A stretch of 24,000 bases of DNA from Cytophagaceae bacterium (GCA_035535995.1 DATLOZ010000012.1:62326-86325); one strand, 5' to 3'. Positions 1-7,349 are shown, counted from the stretch's first letter. Notes: generated from the sequence alone by a model not told the origin. Translations and numbers: made by a program.

Positions 1-6
1 GCCTAA

Positions 7-642
7 TCACAGTTCAGACTTTTTCACTACATCATCCTCATTTCCCTTTATACCATCCTTCCCATAGGAAGTTAGTGTAAAGCTATTAGCAGACACTGTA
101 TATTCTACCTGGTTTCCCCAGGCATCCTGGTACCACTCACGCTTGAGAGGATCGTTGCCAATGAGCTCGGATAGGTTTTGAGGATAATTTCCAAAATGAT
201 TTTTATACTTCACAAGCGCCTGCGCAGTGCGGGAAAGTTGTTTTTCGGTTACGCTTGTCTTGGAATAACTTGTGTAAACAAGTACAGAACCTACAAAGAG
301 AATTGTTACCGCTACAATTGTCAGTGCCACCTTCCGGAAATATTTGCGCAGCAAATTGACAAACTCCGTCCAGCTTTTTTGAAGATTCTGGCCAAAGCCA
401 TTTCCCTCCATAGAGGATCTTTCTCCCAATTGCAAGGCACGCAGGGCAAAATAACCCAGGAATATGATCAACCCTATTGGCAATGCCACTCTGAAAAGCA
501 GCCACAGCAGGGGTCTATAGATCCACCATAAAAATGGGAATGTAAGAAGCAACATCAAGATCAGGAACCCAAGCAGGATCTTATCACCAGGTTTCATAGG
601 CTCTGGCTTATCAATAGGCAGCGGGTCGTTGGCGTCGATCAT
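7..642 (-). CDS. Membrane protein with C-terminal type II secretion GspG-like (pseudopilin) domain
   Basis: ORF track 7..735 (-). The C-terminal ~100 aa (AQALVKYKNHFGNYPQNLSELIG...YQDAWGNQVEYTVSANSFTLTSYGKDGIKGNEDDVV) follows the GspG/pseudopilin globular-domain pattern (Y...G.YP..L..L ... D.WGN...Y ... F.L.S.GKDG..G..DD). A hydrophobic helix precedes it and further TM helices lie N-terminal. Start placed at ATG 640-642 (MIDANDPL...) because the longer ORF reads through an intergenic repeat at 680-707. Start is uncertain. Confidence 0.6.
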   Translation of the reverse strand: MIDANDPLPIDKPEPMKPGDKILLGFLILMLLLTFPFLWWIYRPLLWLLFRVALPIGLIIFLGYFALRALQLGERSSMEGNGFGQNLQKSWTEFVNLLRKYFRKVALTIVAVTILFVGSVLVYTSYSKTSVTEKQLSRTAQALVKYKNHFGNYPQNLSELIGNDPLKREWYQDAWGNQVEYTVSANSFTLTSYGKDGIKGNEDDVVKKSEL

Positions 643-679
643 GGGAGTATGGTTTTGTGAAGTGCAAGATACAGAAAAA

Positions 680-707
680 GGATACCGGATGCCAGATGTA
701 GGATAAG
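680..707. repeat. Solo arm of heptamer-repeat family A (RGATRCC units)
   Basis: GGATACC GGATGCC AGATGTA GGATAAG: two exact and two decayed heptamer units. The same family occurs at 16021-16048, 16145-16172, 17397-17430 and 21037-21102. No inverted partner lies nearby. Confidence 0.8.
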
Positions 708-740
708 ATTCAGTTTGTTTGAGCGAATAGAGCAAAGTTT

Positions 741-804
741 ACTCAATACTGTTGCTGTTGCTCTTGCTGACGGGATAGCAAGAGCAACAGCAACAGTATT
801 GAGT
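741..804. repeat. 28-bp perfect inverted repeat (family B palindrome) in a divergent intergenic region
   Basis: ACTCAATACTGTTGCTGTTGCTCTTGCT (741-768), loop GACGGGAT, AGCAAGAGCAACAGCAACAGTATTGAGT (777-804). Complementarity was checked base by base. It is followed by TTTT. It shares the 17-mer TTGCTGTTGCTCTTGCT with 3590-3606. Confidence 0.95.
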
Positions 805-864
805 TTTTGGTACACCATCGCTAATATTCTTTCTTCAAACCCTTTCAGTTTTAACATATTTATG

Positions 865-872
865 TATTTTTG
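865..872 (+). promoter_or_regulatory. Candidate Bacteroidota-type -7 promoter box for the lemA operon
   Basis: TATTTTTG matches the TAnnTTTG -7 consensus exactly, about 30 nt upstream of the lemA ATG (903). The -33 TTTG element is only approximated (TTTC at 843-846). Confidence 0.3.
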
Positions 873-902
873 TTCTACTTAAAACTTAAATTCCAAGAGA
901 TT

Positions 903-1481
903 ATGAAAAGATTATGGTTGAACCTGATGATTCTGGCATCAGCTGTTTCGTTGAGTTCCTGTGGGTATAACAGCATGGTAGAAAAGCAGGAAGCTGTAGA
1001 AAGCCAATGGGCACAGGTTCAGAACGTATACCAGAGAAGAATGGACCTTATTCCTAACCTGGTGGAAACAGTAAAAGGGGTAGCTAATTTTGAAAAAGGT
1101 ACACTGGAAGCAGTAGTACAGGCCAGAGCAGAAGCTACCAAAACTACGATCAATGCAAACGATCTTACTCCTGATAAAGTAGCTCAATTCCAAAAAGCAC
1201 AGGAAGGACTGACCGGAGCGCTTTCTAAATTTATGAGCATCGTAGAAAACTATCCTGATCTGAAAGCAAATCAAAATTTCAGCGAGCTGCAAGCACAGCT
1301 GGAAGGCACTGAAAACAGGATCTCTGTAGAAAGAATGAAATTCAACGAAGCGGTACAGGAATACAACACTTACATCCGCAAATTCCCCAACAACATGACG
1401 GCCGGAATGTTCGGATTTGAAAAGAAAGGTTATTTCGAAGCCTCGGCCGGTGCCGATAAAGCTCCTACCGTTAAATTCTAA
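903..1481 (+). CDS. lemA: LemA family protein (lipoprotein-type signal peptide)
   Basis: ORF 870..1481 (TTG) trimmed to ATG 903, giving MKRLWLNLMILASAVSLSSCGYN (signal peptide with lipobox-like Cys). The body (QWAQVQNVYQRRMDLIPNLVETVKG...FSELQAQLEGTENRISVERMKFNEAVQEYNTYIRKFPNN) is the characteristic LemA pattern. Confidence 0.9.
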   Translation: MKRLWLNLMILASAVSLSSCGYNSMVEKQEAVESQWAQVQNVYQRRMDLIPNLVETVKGVANFEKGTLEAVVQARAEATKTTINANDLTPDKVAQFQKAQEGLTGALSKFMSIVENYPDLKANQNFSELQAQLEGTENRISVERMKFNEAVQEYNTYIRKFPNNMTAGMFGFEKKGYFEASAGADKAPTVKF

Positions 1482-1485
1482 ACGC

Positions 1486-1923
1486 ATGGCACAACATTTA
1501 TTCAACGAGGCACAACAGAAAGCCATCGTAGATTCCATCAAAAAGGCAGAGCTGAATACTTCGGGAGAAGTACAGGTGCATATTGAAAACACTTGCAAAA
1601 AAGAAGTGATGGACAGAGCAACAGAAGTATTTGCATCGCTCAATATGCATAAGACAAAACTTCGCAACGGAGTATTGTTTTATCTCGCTATCAAGGATAA
1701 AAAATTTGCGATCCTAGGAGACGCCGGCATTAATGCTGCAGTACCCGGCGATTTCTGGGAGAAAATCAAAAATTATATGCAGGAAGAATTCCGTAAAGGA
1801 AATTTTACCGAAGGCCTTTGCGAAGGCATCCGTATGGCAGGGGAACAATTAAAAAGCCATTTCCCTTATCAATCGGACGATGTGAACGAGTTGCCAGACG
1901 ATATTTCGTTCTCTAATAATTAA
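1486..1923 (+). CDS. TPM domain-containing protein (soluble, no signal peptide)
   Basis: ORF 1417..1923 trimmed to ATG 1486, 5 nt after the lemA stop. GEVQVHIE...NGVLFYLAIKDKKFAILGDAGIN...FWEKI...F..GNF.EG fits the TPM (TLP18.3/Psb32/MOLO-1) fold pattern and the usual lemA-TPM gene pairing. Confidence 0.8.
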   Translation: MAQHLFNEAQQKAIVDSIKKAELNTSGEVQVHIENTCKKEVMDRATEVFASLNMHKTKLRNGVLFYLAIKDKKFAILGDAGINAAVPGDFWEKIKNYMQEEFRKGNFTEGLCEGIRMAGEQLKSHFPYQSDDVNELPDDISFSNN

Positions 1924-1965
1924 AACAATACTAAAGCAAGGGGACGGATTTTCTTTCCCCTCTTT

Positions 1966-2730
1966 TTGATTTTATCTGATTTGATCGTGTTAAAAAAAAC
2001 AGTTTTACTGGTTTTCCTATTCCTGTACGCAACCGCAGGAATAATGGCTGAGGATAAAAATATTCCCGCTAAGCCTGATTCGCCAAGAATGGTGAATGAC
2101 CTGGCCGGAGTTCTTAATCCAGGTGATGCCGACTATATCGAAGCGAAACTGAGAGCCTACAACGATTCTACCTCTACACAAATTGTAGTAGTCACGGTCA
2201 GTAGCCTGAACGGGTATGATATTGAAAGTTTCTCCTACAAACTCGCCGCAAGCTGGGGCATTGGCCAGAAAGGAAAAAACAATGGGTTACTGATCCTGAT
2301 AGCGCCGAATGAACGCAAGATGCGGATCGAAGTTGGCTACGGATTGGAAGCAGTAGTACCCGATGCGAAAGCCAAATGGATCGAAGACAACATAATGAAA
2401 CCCGCTTTCAAGCAAGGTAACTATGCAGCGGGAATCGACAGTGCAGTTGATCAGATCATCGATAGAAGCGCCGGAGCATACAAACGCGATGGCAAGGAGA
2501 CCGATAAACTTGCTTCTAAAAAAGGCGGCGGCTGGCTGGCTTGGCTGATCATTATTATGATCGTAATTTATGTATTCCTGCGCAGAAATTCCGGTGGCGG
2601 TTTTACTCGCTATTCTTCCGGCGGATATTATGGCGGAGGAGGTTTTAGCGGTGGAAGCTCCGGAGGCAGCAGTTTTGGTGGCTTCGGCGGTGGAAGCTTT
2701 GGCGGAGGTGGTGCCAGCGGCGATTGGTAA
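1966..2730 (+). CDS. TPM domain-containing membrane protein (YgcG-like) with Gly-rich C-terminal tail
   Basis: N-terminal hydrophobic signal. PRMVNDLAGVL...STQIVVVTVSSLNGYDIESFSYKLAASWGIGQKGKNNGLLILIAPNERKMRIEVGYGLE is the TPM core. A TM helix (WLAWLIIIMIVIYVFL) follows, then a Gly/Ser tail ending GGGGASGDW. Start TTG 1966 or GTG 1987 is uncertain. Confidence 0.85.
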   Translation: MILSDLIVLKKTVLLVFLFLYATAGIMAEDKNIPAKPDSPRMVNDLAGVLNPGDADYIEAKLRAYNDSTSTQIVVVTVSSLNGYDIESFSYKLAASWGIGQKGKNNGLLILIAPNERKMRIEVGYGLEAVVPDAKAKWIEDNIMKPAFKQGNYAAGIDSAVDQIIDRSAGAYKRDGKETDKLASKKGGGWLAWLIIIMIVIYVFLRRNSGGGFTRYSSGGYYGGGGFSGGSSGGSSFGGFGGGSFGGGGASGDW

Positions 2731-2763
2731 TCAATATTTGTACAAACTAATAGTTAAAGATAA

Positions 2764-3549
2764 ATGCTGAGATATTTCTTTTTACTGATCTTTTCCGTTT
2801 TCCTGACCAGTGCAGCGCTGGCGGATAAATCTATTGCGATCCCTGCAAGGCCAGAACCTAAAAGGCTTGTAAACGATATGGCAGGCCTGCTGACCGAACC
2901 TAAAAGAACCGAAGCCCTGGAATATAAACTCAATAAGCTGAACGATTCTCTCGGCGTAGAGATTTTTATCGTTACCGTAGAATCCCTGCGCAATATTGAA
3001 GTGGGCAATTATGCACGCGAACTTGCCAGCGTATGGGAAGATGCAAATGATAAAGAGAACGGAATTTTTATTCTCTTCGACTACGAAGACCGTGGTTATG
3101 CAATTATTCCAGGAACTAAGTTTCGCGAAAAATTTCATGATATAATTGTTAAAAAAATTGAGGCGCATTATCTGAAGCCTCACTTTAAAAAGAAACAATT
3201 TTACGAAGGCTTCAACCTTGCTGCCGATGCGATCGCCAATCATATCACTGGAAAACTCACCGATACAGAACTGAAAACTGACGACGAGTATGATCTTTAT
3301 CTTATCACACTTGGGATCTTCTTTTTCTTCCTGATCTTCTTTCCACTTTATCAATATTATCAATTTAAGAAACAACATTTTGGCACGAAGAAAATCGGGT
3401 TCGTTTCCGCTTTTATGCTGATGAACCATTTAAAACCATCACACAGCACATTCGACGATTTCAAAAAAGGAACCGGGTCATTCTCGGTGAGAGGCGCAAG
3501 CGTGACAAGCTTTGGTGGAGGCGCAGGCGGCAGCTGGGGCGGCTGGTAG
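2764..3549 (+). CDS. TPM domain-containing membrane protein, second paralog with Gly-rich tail
   Basis: ATG 2764. Signal peptide (FLTSAALA), then KRLVNDMAGLL...GVEIFIVTVESL...ARELASVW...NGIFILFDYEDRGYAIIPG as the TPM core. A TM helix (ITLGIFFFFLIFFPL) follows and the tail ends GGGAGGSWGGW. Confidence 0.8.
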   Translation: MLRYFFLLIFSVFLTSAALADKSIAIPARPEPKRLVNDMAGLLTEPKRTEALEYKLNKLNDSLGVEIFIVTVESLRNIEVGNYARELASVWEDANDKENGIFILFDYEDRGYAIIPGTKFREKFHDIIVKKIEAHYLKPHFKKKQFYEGFNLAADAIANHITGKLTDTELKTDDEYDLYLITLGIFFFFLIFFPLYQYYQFKKQHFGTKKIGFVSAFMLMNHLKPSHSTFDDFKKGTGSFSVRGASVTSFGGGAGGSWGGW

Positions 3550-3553
3550 AACC

Positions 3554-3606
3554 AGCAAGAGCAAGAGTAGAGAATTCTTCTGTATACTCTTGCTGTTGCT
3601 CTTGCT
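3554..3606 (+). terminator. Imperfect hairpin after the lemA-TPM operon; degenerate copy of the family B palindrome
   Basis: AGCAAGAGCAAGAGTA (3554-3569) pairs with TACTCTTGCTGTTGCTCTTGCT (3585-3606) leaving a 6-nt bulge. It begins 5 nt after the stop at 3549. The right arm contains the 17-mer shared with 752-768. There is no T-run. Confidence 0.55.
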
Positions 3607-3630
3607 CGCAGCCTATTAATTCAACAATCC

Positions 3631-4365
3631 ATGATCTTAATTAGATTTTTTAAGCAACAGAGTTGGAAGTATGCAGTGCCTTGTATTCTTTTTCTTTTGC
3701 TGTTTCTGGATATTTCGATTCCCTGGACAAATTTTTTTATTGGAAAATATTACGAAGCATGGCATCTTCTTTTTGCTACAGCTTTTCTTATTTGCTATAG
3801 CTTAAAATTTGCAGAGAAATACAACAACCTGGTTATCGACCGGCTGAAGCTATTTTTTTATTTTCTTTTCTTCACCGCTTTCCTGCTTGCCCCTGGCAGA
3901 AGCTTTAGATCGTTAGTTGTAGAATGTTTTCCCTGGTTCGTATTTTATTTGTATTTTTATAGTATACTCGTTCTTCACCAACAAGAAATGCAAGCTCAAG
4001 GAAAAACTACAAAACGCTCTTCCTGGTTAATCATTACAATTGTTCAGTCTGTATTGATCTTATCGATAGCTGTATGGGCGATCACGCAAAAAGTAGAGGC
4101 CGAAAAACAAAAAGAACAGGCCGTTGCAGCGCAAATAGATGCTGAGAAAGCAAAGGATTACGTTCTCCGGGCAAGGCAATCCGAACAAAAATCGAATGAA
4201 TATGCGCTTCAACTACAGCTATTGGCACAGGACTATAGAGCTCTTTTATTAAAAGAAATAGAAATCAGAGATCACTTGAATAATGATCCGAAAAAAAACA
4301 ACCAGCTCGCTAATGAGTTCGAAGAAATAGAAAATAAACGTAGACGAATACGATCTGATAAGTAA
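3631..4365 (+). CDS. Hypothetical polytopic membrane protein with C-terminal coiled coil
   Basis: ATG 3631. Several hydrophobic helices fill the first ~160 aa. A charged heptad-like region follows (KVEAEKQKEQAVAAQIDAEKAKDY...LQLQLLAQDYRALLLKEIEIRD). No family was recognised. Its stop (4363-4365) is 1 nt from the Crp/Fnr start. Confidence 0.6.
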   Translation: MILIRFFKQQSWKYAVPCILFLLLFLDISIPWTNFFIGKYYEAWHLLFATAFLICYSLKFAEKYNNLVIDRLKLFFYFLFFTAFLLAPGRSFRSLVVECFPWFVFYLYFYSILVLHQQEMQAQGKTTKRSSWLIITIVQSVLILSIAVWAITQKVEAEKQKEQAVAAQIDAEKAKDYVLRARQSEQKSNEYALQLQLLAQDYRALLLKEIEIRDHLNNDPKKNNQLANEFEEIENKRRRIRSDK

Positions 4366-4366
4366 T

Positions 4367-5065
4367 ATGAACCCAGAAGCTCACTTCATATTATTACGCA
4401 ACCACGTATTGTTCAACCAGCTTACCTATAAGGAATGCAGGCAGCTCAATATTGTTAATGGCTATCTTGAACCGAAAAAAAATGAATACGTTTACTTTGA
4501 TAAATTCAGTCACGACCGGCTTTATTTCCTAAAAAAAGGATACGTCAAAATTGGTTTCTATGATGAGCAAGGCAACGAAGTAGTGCGCGAGATCCTGAAA
4601 GCCGGCGATATCTTCGGCCAGATCGGATTGGAGCGCTACGACCATGAAGGCGAGTTTGCACAAGCCATTAAAGGCAATGCTTCCATCTGCAGTTTCACTA
4701 TTACCGATTTTGAAGAGATCCTTAAAAAGCGCCCTGACCTTGCCATCTCGTTTACAAAATTAGTAGGCTTAAAATTTAAAAAATTACAGAACCGTCTTTC
4801 CAATATTGTTTTCAAAGACGTACGTCAGCGTCTGGTAGATTTTTTTATAAATTTTGCCGAAAATAATAATCCCGAAAAAACCGACGAGCTCATCATTCAA
4901 AACTATCTCACCCATGCCGATATAGCCAGCCTCATTGGCTCTACACGACAAACGGTGACCACACTCATCAATAAAATGGAAGAAGACCGCATGCTTCTAT
5001 TCGACCGGAAACTGGTGACAATCCCTAGTTTTAAGAAATTGAGAACATATAATATTCCAGCTTAA
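4367..5065 (+). CDS. Crp/Fnr family transcriptional regulator
   Basis: Cyclic-nucleotide-binding-like beta-roll (LYFLKKGYVKIGFYDEQGNEVVREILKAGDIFGQ) plus a C-terminal HTH (LTHADIASLIGSTRQTVTTLINKMEEDRML). Confidence 0.9.
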   Translation: MNPEAHFILLRNHVLFNQLTYKECRQLNIVNGYLEPKKNEYVYFDKFSHDRLYFLKKGYVKIGFYDEQGNEVVREILKAGDIFGQIGLERYDHEGEFAQAIKGNASICSFTITDFEEILKKRPDLAISFTKLVGLKFKKLQNRLSNIVFKDVRQRLVDFFINFAENNNPEKTDELIIQNYLTHADIASLIGSTRQTVTTLINKMEEDRMLLFDRKLVTIPSFKKLRTYNIPA

Positions 5066-5315
5066 ACCAGATTAAAGAATTTCAGGGTCAACAGAATACT
5101 TCGTCCTACTGGATGTACCTTCTTCAAATTGCCAATCGTAAAATCAAATCACGTAAATCTTCTAATCCTGAACACCAAGGTTCAGATAATTTGATCGCTA
5201 TAATACCCTTCTCCTATCAGGCATTCAGCAAGTTATATTTAAAAATATTTTTTTAATTTCTGGCCTTTCCTAAAAGCCCTCTTTTCAGCTTCATTGCTGG
5301 TAGCTGTAGAAGCAA

Positions 5316-7253
5316 ATGATTATTTTCTTCTACATGAGAATCGCTGATATACAGAAAGGCCGGAGAACGATTATTTCTGGCATTGCCAGATTGATTTTTG
5401 CTGCGTTGTGGCTGCTATTTTTCTCCAATCATGCATTAGGAGAAAAAATAGTGGAGCTTCACGACCAGCAGGATGATTATGTTCTAAATGGGGCATATAT
5501 CGCAGTGTTCGAAGATCCAGCGCATCAATATAATATTCTTCAAATTAGTGCTCCTGCTTTTAAAGGTTTTGAGGAAAATGGAAAAGCAGGCTTCAACCGG
5601 ATCCCGCAGGCTACTTATTGGCTTCGGTTTCGCGTACGCAATCATACGCATGAGCTGAAACGTTTTTTATTGGAAAGTTATTCTCCCCACTCAAATCGTA
5701 TTCAAGTCTATCTTCCTACAAGCAACGGCCGCTTTGAGGTGCAGCAGGGCGGTGAAGATTTTAAATTTGATCAGCGGATCTACGTTACCAAAAATCTTGT
5801 ATTCGATCTGCCGCTGGATGCTCATCAAGAGGTCACCACTTTCTATGTGCGCATCGACTCGCGCAATTACAGCGCTTTTGATTTTCGCATAAAAACAATC
5901 AATTATTTTCTTTACTACATCACGAACGAATATTATTTCCTCGGTCTCTACTACGGCATTTTATTGATCATGGCGGTGTATAACCTGTTGGTGTATTTTA
6001 CAGTTAAAGAAAATGTTTATCTCTATTACGTATTCTATGTATTTGGTAGCGCCATACTAACCATGACCGACGATGGCCTGGGCTTTCAGTACCTCTGGCC
6101 TTCCCTGCCTTCGCTCAGCAGGCCGATCGGGTACACACTGGCCCCGCTGGCATTGATGTTGATGTTTGTACTATATGCTTCCTCTTTCCTGGATTTGAAA
6201 ATTCGTTTCCCTAAACTTTGGAGAGTATTATTATTTACTACTGCTTTTTATCTTTTTTATTTTACAATTTCGTTAGCCTTTACAGGAAAAGCCTTGCCTA
6301 TTCTCTATACCATTCCATTCCTTATCACCTATGGGATCGCCTGGCTCTGCTATGTGAAAGGCTATGAGGCTTCGCGCTTTTTTATTCTTGGTTATACTTT
6401 TATTCTTATAAGCATTATGATCATTCAACTGCGTGCCGAGCATATGATCGAAGGGAATTTCTTTACTGTCTATAGCCTCAACATAGGACTGATGCTGGAA
6501 GTAGTGATCTTCTCTTTTGCACTTTCTGATAGAATTCGTCTGATCAAAAAAGAAAAAGCGCTGGCGCAACAAGCCATTATTGAAAGCCTGAAAGTGAACC
6601 GCGAACTCCAGGAAAAAGTAAACCGCGAACTAGAAGAAAAGGTAGCTGCACGTACACGTGAGCTGAGCGATAAGAACCTTGAACTCGAAGAAGTCAACGA
6701 TAAACTCCACACGCTCAACAATGCCGTAAACGAAATGAACGCGAAGCTTGACTACGATAATTGGTATTTGAAAAAAGATCTTAAGCAGGATATTCAATCG
6801 AGAATTTTGGAAGCGGAAGTTCCTTATGAAGAATTTATAAAGGTTTTTCCCGATGATCTGTCTTGCCTGAGATACCTGGCCGAACAGAAGTGGCAGCATT
6901 TTTACCGTTGCCGGAAATGTGGCAATTTAAAATACAGCGAATCGCCTGATGGTACTAAACGTAAGTGTACAGTATGCGGGTTTGTAGAATCAGCTACCGC
7001 CTATACTTTATATCATGGCGTTCGTTTCCCGCTCAACAAGGCATTTTATCTCACTTACCTTTTCTACAAAAAAGCAAACAGGCGCAATCTCTCAGACCTC
7101 TCGGAAATGCTACAGATCCGGCGCAATACCTGCGGAAAATTTCGCGCCAAAGTAAATGAAAGCCGTGAGCAATATAATCTCCGCAACAAAAACAAAAAAC
7201 CGGAAACATGGGAAGAACTCATCAGCGTACGGCTTGTGCAAAAGAAATTATGA
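5316..7253 (+). CDS. 7TMR-DISM family receptor with C-terminal IS1595-type zinc-ribbon/HTH domain
   Basis: 645-aa ORF. It has an anchor helix, an extracytoplasmic region (ATYWLRFRVRN...TTFYVRIDSRNYSAFDFRI, 7TMR-DISMED2-like) and seven hydrophobic helices (aa ~195-405). A coiled coil follows, then CLRYLAEQKWQHFYRCRKCGN...KRKCTVCGFVESATAYTLYHGVRFPLNKAFYLTYLFY, resembling the N-terminal Zn-ribbon of IS1595 transposases. Start ATG 5316 or 5334. Confidence 0.85.
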   Translation: MIIFFYMRIADIQKGRRTIISGIARLIFAALWLLFFSNHALGEKIVELHDQQDDYVLNGAYIAVFEDPAHQYNILQISAPAFKGFEENGKAGFNRIPQATYWLRFRVRNHTHELKRFLLESYSPHSNRIQVYLPTSNGRFEVQQGGEDFKFDQRIYVTKNLVFDLPLDAHQEVTTFYVRIDSRNYSAFDFRIKTINYFLYYITNEYYFLGLYYGILLIMAVYNLLVYFTVKENVYLYYVFYVFGSAILTMTDDGLGFQYLWPSLPSLSRPIGYTLAPLALMLMFVLYASSFLDLKIRFPKLWRVLLFTTAFYLFYFTISLAFTGKALPILYTIPFLITYGIAWLCYVKGYEASRFFILGYTFILISIMIIQLRAEHMIEGNFFTVYSLNIGLMLEVVIFSFALSDRIRLIKKEKALAQQAIIESLKVNRELQEKVNRELEEKVAARTRELSDKNLELEEVNDKLHTLNNAVNEMNAKLDYDNWYLKKDLKQDIQSRILEAEVPYEEFIKVFPDDLSCLRYLAEQKWQHFYRCRKCGNLKYSESPDGTKRKCTVCGFVESATAYTLYHGVRFPLNKAFYLTYLFYKKANRRNLSDLSEMLQIRRNTCGKFRAKVNESREQYNLRNKNKKPETWEELISVRLVQKKL

Positions 7254-7259
7254 ATGCTG

Positions 7260-7285
7260 AGCTATGAATATTCAAAGCTTTTTTT
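7260..7285 (+). terminator. Weak hairpin plus T7 run after the 7TMR-DISM gene
   Basis: AGCTATGAAT/ATTCAAAGCT (7260-7279, one A-A mismatch, AT-rich) is immediately followed by TTTTTTT (7279-7285), 7 nt after the stop. Confidence 0.4.
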
Positions 7286-7349
7286 ACTCCTAATTTATAA
7301 TTAATTTCTTTTTGTCAGCGAGATGACAAATATTTCCTGTAACCCCTAT

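Noticed and set aside
870-902. Longer ORF-track starts for lemA (TTG 870), TPM (1417), higA (14975), higB (TTG 15253) and DUF3667 (TTG 7369)
   Set aside because: Internal ATG or GTG starts give canonical N-termini (a signal peptide for lemA; MNITPV... and (M)RVIAKK... for higA and higB). They also remove overlaps with upstream genes or with the operator palindrome.
939-1667. 242-aa minus-strand ORF opposite lemA/TPM; similar ORFs at 2782-3429, 203-505 and 178-531
   Set aside because: They lie antisense to, or out of frame with, genes that carry clear family signatures. Their Cys/Phe/Ser-rich composition is typical of non-coding frames.
2570-2770. 66-aa alternative-frame ORF over the Gly-rich tail of the TPM gene
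   Set aside because: It is an out-of-frame reading of GGN-rich low-complexity DNA (Ala/Val-rich artefact).
5306-5333. 7-bp stem (GTAGAAG/CTTCTAC) enclosing the first ATG of the 7TMR-DISM gene
   Set aside because: It is short, AT-rich and unsupported by other evidence. I noted it only as a reason the start (5316 vs 5334) is ambiguous.
6591-6638. 24-nt tandem duplication (AAAGTGAACCGCGAACTCCAGGAA / AAAGTAAACCGCGAACTAGAAGAA)
   Set aside because: It is in frame inside the coiled coil of the 7TMR-DISM protein (VNRELQEK VNRELEEK). It is an ordinary coiled-coil repeat expansion, not a regulatory or CRISPR-like repeat.
6830-7253. Possible IS1595 insertion sequence or transposase pseudogene
   Set aside because: Only the N-terminal zinc-ribbon/HTH part is present, and it is in frame with the receptor. 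No DDE domain, frameshifted remnant or terminal inverted repeats were seen downstream, so it is treated as a domesticated domain rather than a mobile element.
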